From an uncultured Candidatus Saccharibacteria bacterium (GTDB lineage: Bacteria; Patescibacteriota; UBA1384; XYA2-FULL-43-10; 1-14-0-10-43-13), in assembly GCA_964543385.1 (NCBI GenBank), contig CAZIYE010000004.1, positions 17,233 to 49,232 of the forward strand: a stretch of DNA of 32,000 bases. Reading direction: 5' to 3'. This document shows positions 1-9,277 of the stretch, one piece after another. The first letter of the stretch is position 1. Every line of letters starts with the position of its first letter. Below the pieces are notes generated by a model. The model ran no database searches. It worked only from the letters and a program-made list of their open reading frames with translations, and had not been told where the DNA came from. The position numbers were made by a program, and so were the translations under genes.

Positions 1-110
1 AGTGAGCCCACGGGACGAGTATCGTCAGCCGCCTTAACAAACTCAGGCAAAAAATATGTTGCCGAGAAACAAATAACGAACAATAAAGTTTTTACTATTT
101 TTCCCCTCAT
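1..110 (-). CDS. 5' end of a putative exported protein (partial, runs off the left edge)
   Basis: ATG at 110-108 (minus), 20 nt downstream of the queA stop, opens a frame that stays open to position 1: MRGKIVKTLLFVICFSATYFLPEFVKAADDTRPVGS. This has a basic N-terminus, a hydrophobic core and a VKA/A-like cleavage site. It is too short for the ORF track and has no clear SD. Confidence 0.3.
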   Translation of the reverse strand, partial: MRGKIVKTLLFVICFSATYFLPEFVKAADDTRPVGS

Positions 111-130
111 AAAGCTATCTTTATTTTCCC

Positions 131-1189
131 CTATTCCATATTTACAAACATAGCATCGCCATAAGAATAGAAACGATAATTATGCTTTATTGCCTCGTCA
201 TACGCGTGTAAAACATTTTTTCTGCCGGCAAGAGCCGAGACTAAAAACAAGAGGGAAGAAGCCGGAAGGTGAAAGTTTGTTATAAGGCTATCAACAAATT
301 TGAATTTATAACCAGGATAAATGTATATATCGGTCCAGCCACTCAGCGATGGTAATGGTCGAACATCATTAGACAGCGACTCGGTGAATATTGTTTCCAA
401 TACACGGGTAGTTGTTGTTCCAACAGCGATAATCCTATGTCCGTTTTTTTTCAGCTCGAGCAAGCTATTATAAGAATCCTGGGAAATCGAATAAAATTCC
501 TGGTGGATTTTATGATCCTCAACTTCTTTCGCCTCAACATGAGCAAAAGTCCCCAGACCGACATGTAATGTTAATTCTAAGGTTTTTACACCCTTGATTC
601 TTATTTGGTCCAAAAGACTTGCGCTGAAATGCAAACCTGCCGTTGGCGCAGCAATGCTTCCTCTCTTTTTTGCATAAATTGTTTGATATCTTTCTTTATC
701 TTTTTCATACAAAGTATGATTTATTTTTCTCTTTGCCTCTATATACGGTGGCAAAGGGATGAGACCAATTTTTTCTAGCTCAGAAAAGAATTCTTCTTCC
801 TTAAAATTAAAATCCAAAACGAAAGTTTTATCATTCCTAGAGATAACATTGGCTTTCAAATCCGAGTTCTCAAAGATAATACTTTGATTGATACTTAAAT
901 TCTTGCCGATAACTTCCCAATAATTACCATCAATTTGGTGATTCAATAAAATTTCGACCCTACCTCCAGTGCTCTCCTTTTTTCCTATCAACCTTGCTGG
1001 AAAGACTTTTGTATTATTGAATACAAGGACATCTTTATCTGACAGGAGTGAAAGAAGATCGGAGAATTTCCGATGACTAATATGGCCCATGCTATCTAGA
1101 ACTAGCAGTTTTGATTCATCACGTTTATCAGTTGGTTTCTCCGCAATTAATTCGCTTGGCAGATTGAAATTATAATCAGACACTTTCAT
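131..1189 (-). CDS. queA: S-adenosylmethionine:tRNA ribosyltransferase-isomerase (queuosine pathway)
   Basis: 352-aa ORF with a QueA-typical layout recognised by eye: N-terminal DYNFNLPSELIAEKP, PLPPYI, AAPTAGLHF, VGTTTTR, C-terminal YGDAMF. Its ATG (1189-1187) overlaps the upstream TGA (1188-1186) as ATGA. Confidence 0.95.
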   Translation of the reverse strand: MKVSDYNFNLPSELIAEKPTDKRDESKLLVLDSMGHISHRKFSDLLSLLSDKDVLVFNNTKVFPARLIGKKESTGGRVEILLNHQIDGNYWEVIGKNLSINQSIIFENSDLKANVISRNDKTFVLDFNFKEEEFFSELEKIGLIPLPPYIEAKRKINHTLYEKDKERYQTIYAKKRGSIAAPTAGLHFSASLLDQIRIKGVKTLELTLHVGLGTFAHVEAKEVEDHKIHQEFYSISQDSYNSLLELKKNGHRIIAVGTTTTRVLETIFTESLSNDVRPLPSLSGWTDIYIYPGYKFKFVDSLITNFHLPASSLLFLVSALAGRKNVLHAYDEAIKHNYRFYSYGDAMFVNME

Positions 1190-2034
1190 GGCGTTAGATC
1201 TATTTCCCTTCCTTCGGTTAATTCACCTTGACTATCTGATACTTTTTTATTCACTTTTGAATCATTCTTTGTATTAGAATCCGTAGCTACTAAAATCTTG
1301 TTATTTTGAGCAAGCTTTTTAATATTATCTTTCTCTGTCCTATCCTCCTGCGTTATTACCATCCCTCCGTATTTCACACGATCAATGAATCGTGATTCAC
1401 CGAGAACGTTTTTTGCCTGTCTTTCTAATTCTCCAAAAGGTAATTCAGCTTCACTATCTCTAGCTCTTTCTCCCAGACCAACATCTCTTCTGTTAGATCT
1501 TCTATTCGTCCTCTCAATATGTGCTTCATGGAGACTAATTATTTGTTTGGCGACTAAATAAGGATGTGGAATTGACTTGAAAACAAAATTCTCTCTTTCT
1601 CCGGCGGTTTGGATATGGACATCTCCAAAATGCAGTAATGTCTGCCAGATACCCTCAACTCGAGCATTTACATCCTGTACTTGGTGTAAATGCAATTCAG
1701 ATATTTGTCGTTTGAAATAACCTTCTTGACTGATATCGACAATTCTTTGATCAGTGACTATGTAAACATCAAGATAGTAGTCAACGAAGCCATAGAGCTG
1801 GGCAGCTAGTACAACTAAAACAAAAATAGCAAGAAAAATTACTAAGATTTGTCCGCCAACTGGCGTTATAAGTGTTGGGTTATTTACCCAGACAAAAAGA
1901 GCTATAAGCACAGGGATTACTGCAAGAAAATCCAGAAAGAAAAAGATCACATAGTTAAACCAGTGCTTTCTAATAAGAAGAAATATTCGCTCTTCTTGTG
2001 ATTGATTTGGAAATAATTTTTCTCTTACTGACAT
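1186..2034 (-). CDS. membrane protein with a bacterial PH (bPH_2, YdbS/YdbT-like) domain and a charged C-terminal tail
   Basis: 282-aa ORF. Two N-terminal hydrophobic helices are followed by a YIVTDQRIVDI...GDVHIQTAG...F segment typical of membrane-anchored bPH_2 domains. The Lys/Asp/Glu-rich tail is unassigned. Confidence 0.65.
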   Translation of the reverse strand: MSVREKLFPNQSQEERIFLLIRKHWFNYVIFFFLDFLAVIPVLIALFVWVNNPTLITPVGGQILVIFLAIFVLVVLAAQLYGFVDYYLDVYIVTDQRIVDISQEGYFKRQISELHLHQVQDVNARVEGIWQTLLHFGDVHIQTAGERENFVFKSIPHPYLVAKQIISLHEAHIERTNRRSNRRDVGLGERARDSEAELPFGELERQAKNVLGESRFIDRVKYGGMVITQEDRTEKDNIKKLAQNNKILVATDSNTKNDSKVNKKVSDSQGELTEGREIDLTP

Positions 2035-2035
2035 A

Positions 2036-2242
2036 TTATGCTCCCGTTTCTAAAGCCGTTAAAATCAATACTGAGGACATGATTATCACTATGGAAATAA
2101 CTGAATATAAAATAATAATAACTTTTGATAAATCGCCAGAATACCCAAATCTCCAGAGATGGTAGATACCGAAAAGGCTGAAGATTATATAGGCGAATAG
2201 AAATAGTCCGTAAAAGAAGAAAAGGAGATTAAATGAATTCAT
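2036..2242 (-). CDS. small two-helix membrane protein, unknown function
   Basis: 68-aa ORF that is almost entirely hydrophobic (two predicted TM helices). It is packed between queH (4-nt overlap) and the PH-domain gene (1-nt gap), consistent with a real operon member. Confidence 0.45.
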   Translation of the reverse strand: MNSFNLLFFFYGLFLFAYIIFSLFGIYHLWRFGYSGDLSKVIIILYSVISIVIIMSSVLILTALETGA

Positions 2243-2814
2243 TCCAGCCTCCTCTCTTTTAGGGATTCAAGACATCCACAATATGCTGGCAATGATACGC
2301 CATGATTTCTAGCATAATTTCTTCCCATCCAATAGCCCTTACGAAAGTCTTGATAATAGAAATTTACCCCGTAGTCTAAAGCAATTTCATTGCTAATCTC
2401 GACTATCTCATCATGATTTTTATATGGGGAACAAAGCAATGTGGTAGTAAAATATTTGATCCTTCTTTTTTTTGCCTGTTCAATTGTTTTTTGCATTACC
2501 ATCGAATTGCAGAGAAAACAACGTTTTCTTCGATACCGCTCCTTATCACTGATATACTTCATCGAGGCAGGATCTTTAAAGGGATTGGTCAAATTAGAAA
2601 AATCGCTTGGGTCATAGTTTGCTTCGACGAATTCTATTTTGTTATTTAGGCAGTATTCTATTAGTCCTTGCTTGCGCTGGTTATATTCTTGCGCCTCATC
2701 GATCTCTGGATTGTAAAAAAAGGCTACTACTTTAAAACCAACTTTTTCTAGCTCCGAAAAAACATGACTGGCACAAGCTGTGCAGCAACTATGTACAAAA
2801 ATTTTTTTGCTCAT
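2239..2814 (-). CDS. queH: epoxyqueuosine reductase QueH (DUF208 family)
   Basis: Contains HSCCTAC near the N-terminus, FFYNPEI, FTTTLLCSPYKNH and C-terminal YCGC, the cysteine pattern and spacing of QueH. Start chosen at ATG 2814 (MSKKIFVHSCC), with AAGGA about 9 nt upstream and downstream of the ruvB stop. The ORF-track start at 2841 would overlap ruvB. Confidence 0.85.
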   Translation of the reverse strand: MSKKIFVHSCCTACASHVFSELEKVGFKVVAFFYNPEIDEAQEYNQRKQGLIEYCLNNKIEFVEANYDPSDFSNLTNPFKDPASMKYISDKERYRRKRCFLCNSMVMQKTIEQAKKRRIKYFTTTLLCSPYKNHDEIVEISNEIALDYGVNFYYQDFRKGYWMGRNYARNHGVSLPAYCGCLESLKERRLE

Positions 2815-2825
2815 AGCCGATATCC

Positions 2826-3872
2826 TTATATTAATTGGCACTGATCTACTGGCTTTTGTATTCTGAGGTGTTTATAAGCCAGAAGTGTGGCGATTCTACC
2901 ACGATTAGTACGATTAATAAACCCCAGCTGTAGAAGATATGGCTCTATAACGTCCTCTATTGTGTCTTTGTCTTCGGAAATTGCCGCGGAGATAGTCTCT
3001 AACCCAACTGGACCGCCACTAAATTTATTGATTATAGTATCCAGATAAAAACGATCATTTCTATCCAGACCTAATTCATCAATATCTAACTTATTGATTG
3101 CTTCAAAAGCTACAGCCTTATTCACAACACCATTATGCTTTACTTCTGCATAGTCTCTCACTCTCTTGAGAAGACGATTAGCTATACGTGGAGTCTTCCT
3201 TGATCTTTTGGCAATTTCTAGAATACCGCTATCATCTATCTTTATCCCAAGTATCTGTGCCGACCTTCTGATAATTTCTGAAAGTTCTTTATCTTCATAA
3301 AATTCAAGTCTATGTACAAAACCAAAGCGATCACGCAAAGGAGATGAAAGCGAACCAAACTTTGTAGTAGCACCGATTAAGGTAAACTTTGGAAGATTCA
3401 TTCTCATTGCTTTTGCAGAAGGCCCCTTACCTAATATTAGGTCAACGGCGTAATCCTCCATGGCAGAATACAAAATTTCCTCGACTGTGGTATTGAGACG
3501 ATGAATCTCATCGATGAAAAGAATATCGCTCTCAGATAAATTCGTCAGCAGAGACACCAGATCTCCTGATCTTTGGATGGCTGGACCTGACGTTATTCTA
3601 ATATTTACTCCCATCTCAGAGGCAATAATATTTGCAAGAGTAGTTTTGCCAAGCCCTGGAGGACCATAAAAAAGCATATGTTCAACTGGTTCGCTTCTTT
3701 TTCTGGCGGCTTCTATAAATATAACTAGATTTTCTTTGATTTGATTTTGTCCGACGTATTCTGCAATTTTTTTAGGCCGCAAAGAAAAATCGAGCACTTC
3801 ATCATCATTAGTAAAAGAAGTGGAGGTTAAATCAGACTCGAAATTTTCGCTATCACTTTTTTTCATATACAA
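2826..3872 (-). CDS. ruvB: Holliday junction branch-migration ATPase RuvB
   Basis: AAA+ Walker [12 protein letters not shown] and Walker B FIDEIHRL, with RuvB-type sensor and winged-helix C-terminus (GPVGLETI...[14 protein letters not shown]). Confidence 0.97.
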   Translation of the reverse strand: MYMKKSDSENFESDLTSTSFTNDDEVLDFSLRPKKIAEYVGQNQIKENLVIFIEAARKRSEPVEHMLFYGPPGLGKTTLANIIASEMGVNIRITSGPAIQRSGDLVSLLTNLSESDILFIDEIHRLNTTVEEILYSAMEDYAVDLILGKGPSAKAMRMNLPKFTLIGATTKFGSLSSPLRDRFGFVHRLEFYEDKELSEIIRRSAQILGIKIDDSGILEIAKRSRKTPRIANRLLKRVRDYAEVKHNGVVNKAVAFEAINKLDIDELGLDRNDRFYLDTIINKFSGGPVGLETISAAISEDKDTIEDVIEPYLLQLGFINRTNRGRIATLLAYKHLRIQKPVDQCQLI

Positions 3873-3941
3873 AATAATAAGTCATTGGAGATCTTAGGCT
3901 TATTATAGATAGTCTGTCTGGATATGTAAAATAATAAATAA

Positions 3942-4526
3942 TTACTTCGCTGATAAGTTTTTTAAACACCACCGAACTCTTTCTTCGGTGGAGATTATAT
4001 CGGATGGGATTTTACTAACCAACCCCTGTATTTCTGATTTTTTATAGCCCAAAGATTGCATTGCATCCATTAAATCATCTGCTTCATCAATTTTCCCGAT
4101 GACGTTAATGCTTTTATCAGAAGATATTTTTGATTTAAGATCAAGGATTATTTTGGCTGCTACTTTCTTACCTATTCCAGAAATTGCAGTAAAGAAACTC
4201 ATGTCATCGCTGATTATTGCATGAAGAATTTTATCTGTCCCCGCATAGCTCATAATATTTAAACCAGCTTTTGGACCGACACCATTAACAGAAATCAATT
4301 TCTCAAATAACTCTAATTCTTGGTAGCTCAAAAAACCATAAAAATCATCGGCATCCTCCCTGATATGCTCATAGATATATAGCTCTACATCTTCTCGCGT
4401 ATCGACGATGTTATTCTTTATTTTGATTTGCGGATTGACAAAAACTTTATAACCGACTCCTCTAGTTTCCAGGATAATAAGACCCCATTTAAATAAAACT
4501 ACTCTACCTTTTAGATAAGAAATCAT
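3942..4526 (-). CDS. ruvA: Holliday junction DNA-binding protein RuvA
   Basis: 194 aa. N-terminal OB-like MISYLKGRV, two helix-hairpin-helix motifs (LISVNGVGPKAGLNI and ISGIGKKVAAKIILDL), and a C-terminal domain III. The ATG directly abuts the TAA of the upstream ATP-grasp gene (4527-4529). Confidence 0.93.
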   Translation of the reverse strand: MISYLKGRVVLFKWGLIILETRGVGYKVFVNPQIKIKNNIVDTREDVELYIYEHIREDADDFYGFLSYQELELFEKLISVNGVGPKAGLNIMSYAGTDKILHAIISDDMSFFTAISGIGKKVAAKIILDLKSKISSDKSINVIGKIDEADDLMDAMQSLGYKKSEIQGLVSKIPSDIISTEERVRWCLKNLSAK

Positions 4527-5531
4527 TTATTTGTCCTTCTTGGTTTCAGGAAAAGCAATATCTAGTATATCTCCTGCGACATTTCGAGACTCACCCTCGT
4601 AAGGGAAATGATGCATAAATATTCCAGGACTTGAGTTTATCTCCACAATAATGTGATTGTCGGGTGTTTGCTCTACTGTAATATCCCTTGAAAGAAAATC
4701 CATGCCGCCATAGGCAAGGCCGGGGATTGCCTTAATTACTTTTACTGCAATTTCGTGCACTGAAGGATGAACCTTATCGGTAAAATCGATGCTGTCACCC
4801 CCAGTTGAAAGATTGGAATTTTCACGCAGGAATACTTGTTCGCCAGCTTGCGGCTTATAATTGATGTCTCTGTTAGACTTTTTTAATGTTTCAATAACAA
4901 TGTCATCTATATCAATTTTTACGAGGCATTTTTTAAAATCCTTATATGAGTCATCACCTCTTCTGGGATCAGAATTTTTAATCTCCACTAATTCTTTTAT
5001 TGTGTGGATGCCATCGCCGATCACATTAGCAGGAACACGATTAGTAATTCCCAGTACTTTGTCCTGACTAGCAACTACTCGATACTCCGTACCGCCATCA
5101 AAATAGCGCTCGACAAGAATATTATTGAATTTAATTGATACTTTCTGCCAGTGTTTAATAAAATCATCCTCGTCGGCAATATTTGCAAAAACACAATTTC
5201 CATGACTTGAATTTGTCGGTTTAATAACAACCGGATATCCTATTTTCTTTGCAAAGGCCAGCGCTTCATCTAACTGCATTTTGGTAAATTTTTCGCCTTC
5301 GGCTATTGATAGGCCAGCCTCTTTTAGAACCTGCTTCGTCAAATTCTTATTGTTAACTAACTCATAAGCAACCGATGTTGTTTTGGAAATAAATTGGCAA
5401 CACAGGTATTCTTCATGACCTCCATAGCTTAGTTTGGCAACTTTTCCTGGGCATAAGTCATCTACCTTGACACCACGTTTATTTGCTTCATTAACAATGA
5501 TCTGAGTTGAGATTGTATAATTTTCTTTCAT
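4527..5531 (-). CDS. stand-alone ATP-grasp ligase, cyanophycin-synthetase G-domain-like / GshF C-terminal-like (paralog A)
   Basis: 334 aa. Motifs: GYPVVIKPTNSSHG, EYRVV, PANVIGDGIHTIKELVEIKNSDPRRG, FLRENSNLSTGGDSIDFTDKVHPS, IVEINSSPGIFMHHFP, AFPE. This set is what I know from the ATP-grasp domain of CphA and bifunctional GshF. No Mur-ligase-like domain is attached. Confidence 0.8.
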   Translation of the reverse strand: MKENYTISTQIIVNEANKRGVKVDDLCPGKVAKLSYGGHEEYLCCQFISKTTSVAYELVNNKNLTKQVLKEAGLSIAEGEKFTKMQLDEALAFAKKIGYPVVIKPTNSSHGNCVFANIADEDDFIKHWQKVSIKFNNILVERYFDGGTEYRVVASQDKVLGITNRVPANVIGDGIHTIKELVEIKNSDPRRGDDSYKDFKKCLVKIDIDDIVIETLKKSNRDINYKPQAGEQVFLRENSNLSTGGDSIDFTDKVHPSVHEIAVKVIKAIPGLAYGGMDFLSRDITVEQTPDNHIIVEINSSPGIFMHHFPYEGESRNVAGDILDIAFPETKKDK

Positions 5532-5538
5532 TCTTTAC

Positions 5539-6519
5539 CTATTTAATTGTTTCTGGAAAATTGACATCGATAATTGCTGACGCAATATCAACCGGTTTGC
5601 CAATCGTTGGCTGATGGTGCAAAGCAATTCCAGGAATAGAATTTACTTCGATCACAACATAATTATCTTTATTCTGAAGTTTGGTGATATCTTTTGTCAT
5701 AAAATCAACCCCGCCATATTGCAAACCTGGTATTGCCTCAATAGCTTTCCTGGATATCTCTAAAACTGAAGGGTGTGCAATTTCATTACAGTCAAGACTT
5801 TCACCCCCTGTAGCAATATTAGAGTTTTCACGTAAGAATATTTGTTCATCCTTTTTTGGGATATAGTCTAAATCGTGTCCTTCTTTCTTAATCGTTCCGC
5901 GCACAACATCATCAATTACAATTTGTGCTAGTGGTGTAAGACCGGGGCCTCGTCTAGGATCCTGATTTTTTATGCCGATAAGTTCGCGCAGATTGTGAGT
6001 ACCGTCACCAACTACATTAGCAGGAATTCGGTGTATGACAGATAGAGATTTATCTCTGGTAGCGAATACGCGGTATTCTTTGCCAATAAACATCTTTTCA
6101 ACAATAATTTCGCTATATTTTTGGCCAATTTTTTTCCAGGCAGATAAAAACTGCTCCTTGTCCGATATGTTTGGAAACACAAGATCACCTTCCATGCCGG
6201 TAGTTGGCTTTACCACAACTGGCCAACCATTTTTTTCCACGTATGACAAAGCTTCATAGATTTGATCATTTAAGAAATTCATGCCTTTAGGGACTTCAAC
6301 CCCTGCTTCCTCGAGCAACATTTTTGTAAAATTTTTGTTCAGGCAAAACTTCGAAGCAAGTGCAGTCGTTTTAGATGAAAGAGTTTCATTGAAATACTCT
6401 TTATGTCCTTGATACTCCAAAACAAAGTAGTCCCTATGGTAAAATCTGACACTTATTCCCCGCTTTATTGCTTCATCTGTGACATATTTGACTGCCAAAC
6501 GCATGACTTTGTGACTCAT
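5539..6519 (-). CDS. stand-alone ATP-grasp ligase, cyanophycin-synthetase G-domain-like (paralog B)
   Basis: 326 aa, alignable end to end with paralog A. Motifs: GWPVVVKPTTGMEG, EYRVF, PANVVGDGTHNLRELIGIKNQDPRRG, FLRENSNIATGGESLDCNEIAHPS, VIEVNSIPGIALHHQP, NFPE. Lies 7 nt upstream of paralog A. Confidence 0.8.
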   Translation of the reverse strand: MSHKVMRLAVKYVTDEAIKRGISVRFYHRDYFVLEYQGHKEYFNETLSSKTTALASKFCLNKNFTKMLLEEAGVEVPKGMNFLNDQIYEALSYVEKNGWPVVVKPTTGMEGDLVFPNISDKEQFLSAWKKIGQKYSEIIVEKMFIGKEYRVFATRDKSLSVIHRIPANVVGDGTHNLRELIGIKNQDPRRGPGLTPLAQIVIDDVVRGTIKKEGHDLDYIPKKDEQIFLRENSNIATGGESLDCNEIAHPSVLEISRKAIEAIPGLQYGGVDFMTKDITKLQNKDNYVVIEVNSIPGIALHHQPTIGKPVDIASAIIDVNFPETIK

Positions 6520-6607
6520 CAGTACTCCTTTTTGTTGTCTTATTTCTCTCTTATCAAGATAACGGTAATGACCGCTTAAATCAAGTGATTTATCTTATTG
6601 CTTAGGG

Positions 6608-6636
6608 TTGAAAAAGTTAGGAAAATATTGTATAGT
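6608..6636 (+). promoter_or_regulatory. sigma70-like promoter for the PGM1-like ligase gene
   Basis: TTGAAA (6608-6613), a 17-nt spacer, then TATAGT (6631-6636) preceded by TG (extended -10), in the divergent intergenic region. Confidence 0.4.
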
Positions 6637-6696
6637 TTTGGCTTACTCTATATCAAAAAGCTTGCCCTTAAGGGCCAAATAGTGGACAATACAATT

Positions 6697-8256
6697 ATGA
6701 AAACCGAAGAGCAGATAATCTTTTCGAATCTTCAAAAAAGATTGAAAAAAAATAAGAAGCTTTCTAACTACAATTATCGTGGCGAAAGAACTTTTGTAGT
6801 TGTCTCGGGCTTAAATTCTGACAAATTTAACCTTTCAAAAGTTAAGGGCTTAAGATTTTATGAAGAGAGAATGTTGTTTATCCTTTTTCTTCTCAAATAT
6901 AAGAATACGAAGATTGTATATGTAACTTCTGATAATTTTGACACCACTCTATTCGATTATTATCTAGGCTTGATATCAGGCAAGCCAAAAGAGATTGCCG
7001 ATATGAAATCAAGATTGACCCATATTCAGGTAAAAGACAGCCAGCACCTGAGTCTTACCGAAAAGCTATACAATTCTCATGCCGCTCTCAAAAGAATTGC
7101 TAAGGCTATTACAAATGAAAAGACCACCGTTTTACGTTGCTATAATCCAACTATTCTTGAAAGAAAATTAGCAGTAAGAATTGGTATACCCCTCTTCGGA
7201 TCTGCCGAGAAATTTGATTACGTTGGCAGTAAAAGTGGCGGACGCAAGGTATTTAAATTAGCCGACCTAAATGTCATCCCCGGAATTACTAGCTTGAAAA
7301 GTTTTACTGAACTTTATGGGGCAATCGCGAAATTAATGAGAGACTACCCAAAGTTCAAGAAATTGGTAATTAAACTTGAACAGGGTGCTTCTGGTAGGGG
7401 GAATTGTCTCTTTTCTGTAGAAGATTTTTTGAATGACAATGATATCGAGATTTCTATTAGAACAGATCTGGCCAAACTCACCTCTTTAATCAAAAAGAAT
7501 TTCCATAAATATTGCAGGTTAGAAGCGGATGACTTAGAGATAGAGAGATATATCAGGGAATTCAATAGGATTGGCGGCATAGTTGAGGGTTATGTCGATG
7601 GAAAAATAAAATATTCTCCTAGCGCACAGTTGTTTTTATCGACAGAAGGAAAAGTCTCTATTGCTTCTACCCATGAGCAAATTCTCGGTGGTTCTGACGG
7701 TCAAAAATATCTTGGCTGTACATTTCCGGCTTTGGACGTTCATCGCAAGCTAGTTATTCGAGAGGCCAAAAAAGTCGGTGACTGGATGATAAAGAAGGGT
7801 ATGGTTGGTCATTTCTCGATTGATTTTGTTACGGTTCAGTCAAATGAGTTAGAAATACCGAAGATATACCCAATTGAGATAAATTTACGTAAAGGCGGCA
7901 CAACTCATCCTTTTAGAATTGCTTACTATCTGACTAAATCAAAATATAATAAGCGGGACGGCATTTTATACTGTGGCAAAACTCCAATTTATTATATGGC
8001 CAGAGATATCGTAGAATCAGAGAAATACAAAGTTTTATCATCATCCGAGCTGATTAAGATGATTGATAAGAGCAAAATTAGTTTCAATAAAAATACCAAA
8101 AAAGGCGTTATGGTCTATATGCCAGGAATGATCTCGGAGTATGGAAGATTTGGCGCATTATCGGTTGGCCATACCAAAGAGGAAGCAGAAGAATACTTTA
8201 AAAAACTTATAAAAGCTATCAACCTACACTCTAATAGAAAAATAAATAAAATTTAG
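6697..8256 (+). CDS. PGM1-like peptide ligase (pre-ATP-grasp + ATP-grasp domains)
   Basis: Start taken at ATG 6697 (MKTEEQ); the ORF-track start at 6598 is TTG and lies inside the promoter region. The N-terminal half resembles the pre-ATP-grasp region of the pheganomycin ligase PGM1 family: FYEERMLFILFLLKYKNTKIVYVTS, SLTEKL, YNPTILERKLAVRIGIPLFGS, VGSKSGGRKVFK. The C-terminal half carries an ATP-grasp core (VIKLEQGASGRGN, HFSIDF, EINLRKGGTTHP). Confidence 0.7.
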   Translation: MKTEEQIIFSNLQKRLKKNKKLSNYNYRGERTFVVVSGLNSDKFNLSKVKGLRFYEERMLFILFLLKYKNTKIVYVTSDNFDTTLFDYYLGLISGKPKEIADMKSRLTHIQVKDSQHLSLTEKLYNSHAALKRIAKAITNEKTTVLRCYNPTILERKLAVRIGIPLFGSAEKFDYVGSKSGGRKVFKLADLNVIPGITSLKSFTELYGAIAKLMRDYPKFKKLVIKLEQGASGRGNCLFSVEDFLNDNDIEISIRTDLAKLTSLIKKNFHKYCRLEADDLEIERYIREFNRIGGIVEGYVDGKIKYSPSAQLFLSTEGKVSIASTHEQILGGSDGQKYLGCTFPALDVHRKLVIREAKKVGDWMIKKGMVGHFSIDFVTVQSNELEIPKIYPIEINLRKGGTTHPFRIAYYLTKSKYNKRDGILYCGKTPIYYMARDIVESEKYKVLSSSELIKMIDKSKISFNKNTKKGVMVYMPGMISEYGRFGALSVGHTKEEAEEYFKKLIKAINLHSNRKINKI

Positions 8257-8287
8257 TGACTTTTCGATAAGTGATAAGCTGCTAAGA

Positions 8288-9277
8288 CTAAGATCTCCCC
8301 TTTAAATACTCTGCGGCTTCTTCTGGCGGCATAGTATTGATGACAATATCGCTACTCAACTCAAAACCACCGTATCTAGAGACTCTTGGCACAATTTCAA
8401 TATGCCAATGGTACGAATCGGAGTTCTCGTGAATCGTTGGCAATGTATGGATGTAAAAGTTTAGAGGTGGGTTTTCTAGGGTTTTGTCGATCATTTGGAA
8501 AACAGTGGTCAAAGCATCTGCACAATCTTTCATATAAGTTTTTGAAGTATTCTCGAACTGACTTTCGTGTTTTTTGGGCATAACCCAGGTCTCAAAAGGA
8601 AATCTAGGTGCATAAAAATTGAAGGCGATGAAGTGCTCATTTTCATATACAACTCTGATTTTTTCTTTGATCTCATGATGAATAATATCGCAGTAAACAC
8701 AAGCCCCATTTATGCCATAGTAGCGGTCTGCGCCCTCTAACTCTCTGCCGACTTCATTTGTTACAATTCCTGAAGCAAATATCTGAGCATGCGGATGATC
8801 GATAGATGCTCCAGCTTCGGCCCCATGATTGTAGATAGGAACAATAGAGGCAACTTTCTCATGCTCTTTCATCCATAGATATCTTTCTCTTATAACCTCA
8901 AGGACTTCATCCATGAGAGATTTACTAAACTTCAATAATGGGGTTGTGTGATCTTTTATGATAATTACTTCGTGATCCCCCACGGAGGCACGTGCGCGAT
9001 AAAAACCCTCTTCAGGATAAAAACTTCTGATTGATTTTTTGGATTCATCTTCAACAAAAGCCGGAAAACGATTCTCAACTACATAAACATTCTCTGTTTC
9101 ATATTTCATGTGAGCTTTATTCTGTTTGTATCCTACAGAATCCACACAAAATGGACAGTTATCCTTATTAGAAACTTTCACACTTTTTGGAATAACGAAA
9201 TCTTTTGGACGCTTTGCTCTTTCTGGCGCTACGACTACCCAATCACCAGTTATGATATTTTGTCTTAGTTCTGGCAT
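8288..9277 (-). CDS. galT: GalT-family HIT nucleotidyltransferase (galactose-1-phosphate uridylyltransferase-like)
   Basis: N-terminal ELRQNIITGDWVVVAPERAKRP, a CPFC zinc motif and the HPHAQI active-site motif (HxHxQ). Start set at ATG 9277, preceded by GGAGGG; the ORF-track start at 9292 is upstream of this SD. The true sugar/nucleotide specificity cannot be read from the sequence. Confidence 0.8.
   Translation of the reverse strand: MPELRQNIITGDWVVVAPERAKRPKDFVIPKSVKVSNKDNCPFCVDSVGYKQNKAHMKYETENVYVVENRFPAFVEDESKKSIRSFYPEEGFYRARASVGDHEVIIIKDHTTPLLKFSKSLMDEVLEVIRERYLWMKEHEKVASIVPIYNHGAEAGASIDHPHAQIFASGIVTNEVGRELEGADRYYGINGACVYCDIIHHEIKEKIRVVYENEHFIAFNFYAPRFPFETWVMPKKHESQFENTSKTYMKDCADALTTVFQMIDKTLENPPLNFYIHTLPTIHENSDSYHWHIEIVPRVSRYGGFELSSDIVINTMPPEEAAEYLKGRS

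Noticed and set aside
1-60. GC-rich first ~50 nt of the window as the end of a structured RNA gene (rRNA, RNase P, 5S).
   Set aside because: It does not match the 3' ends of those RNAs as I remember them. It is better explained as codons 20-36 of a minus-strand ORF with a signal-peptide-like N-terminus.
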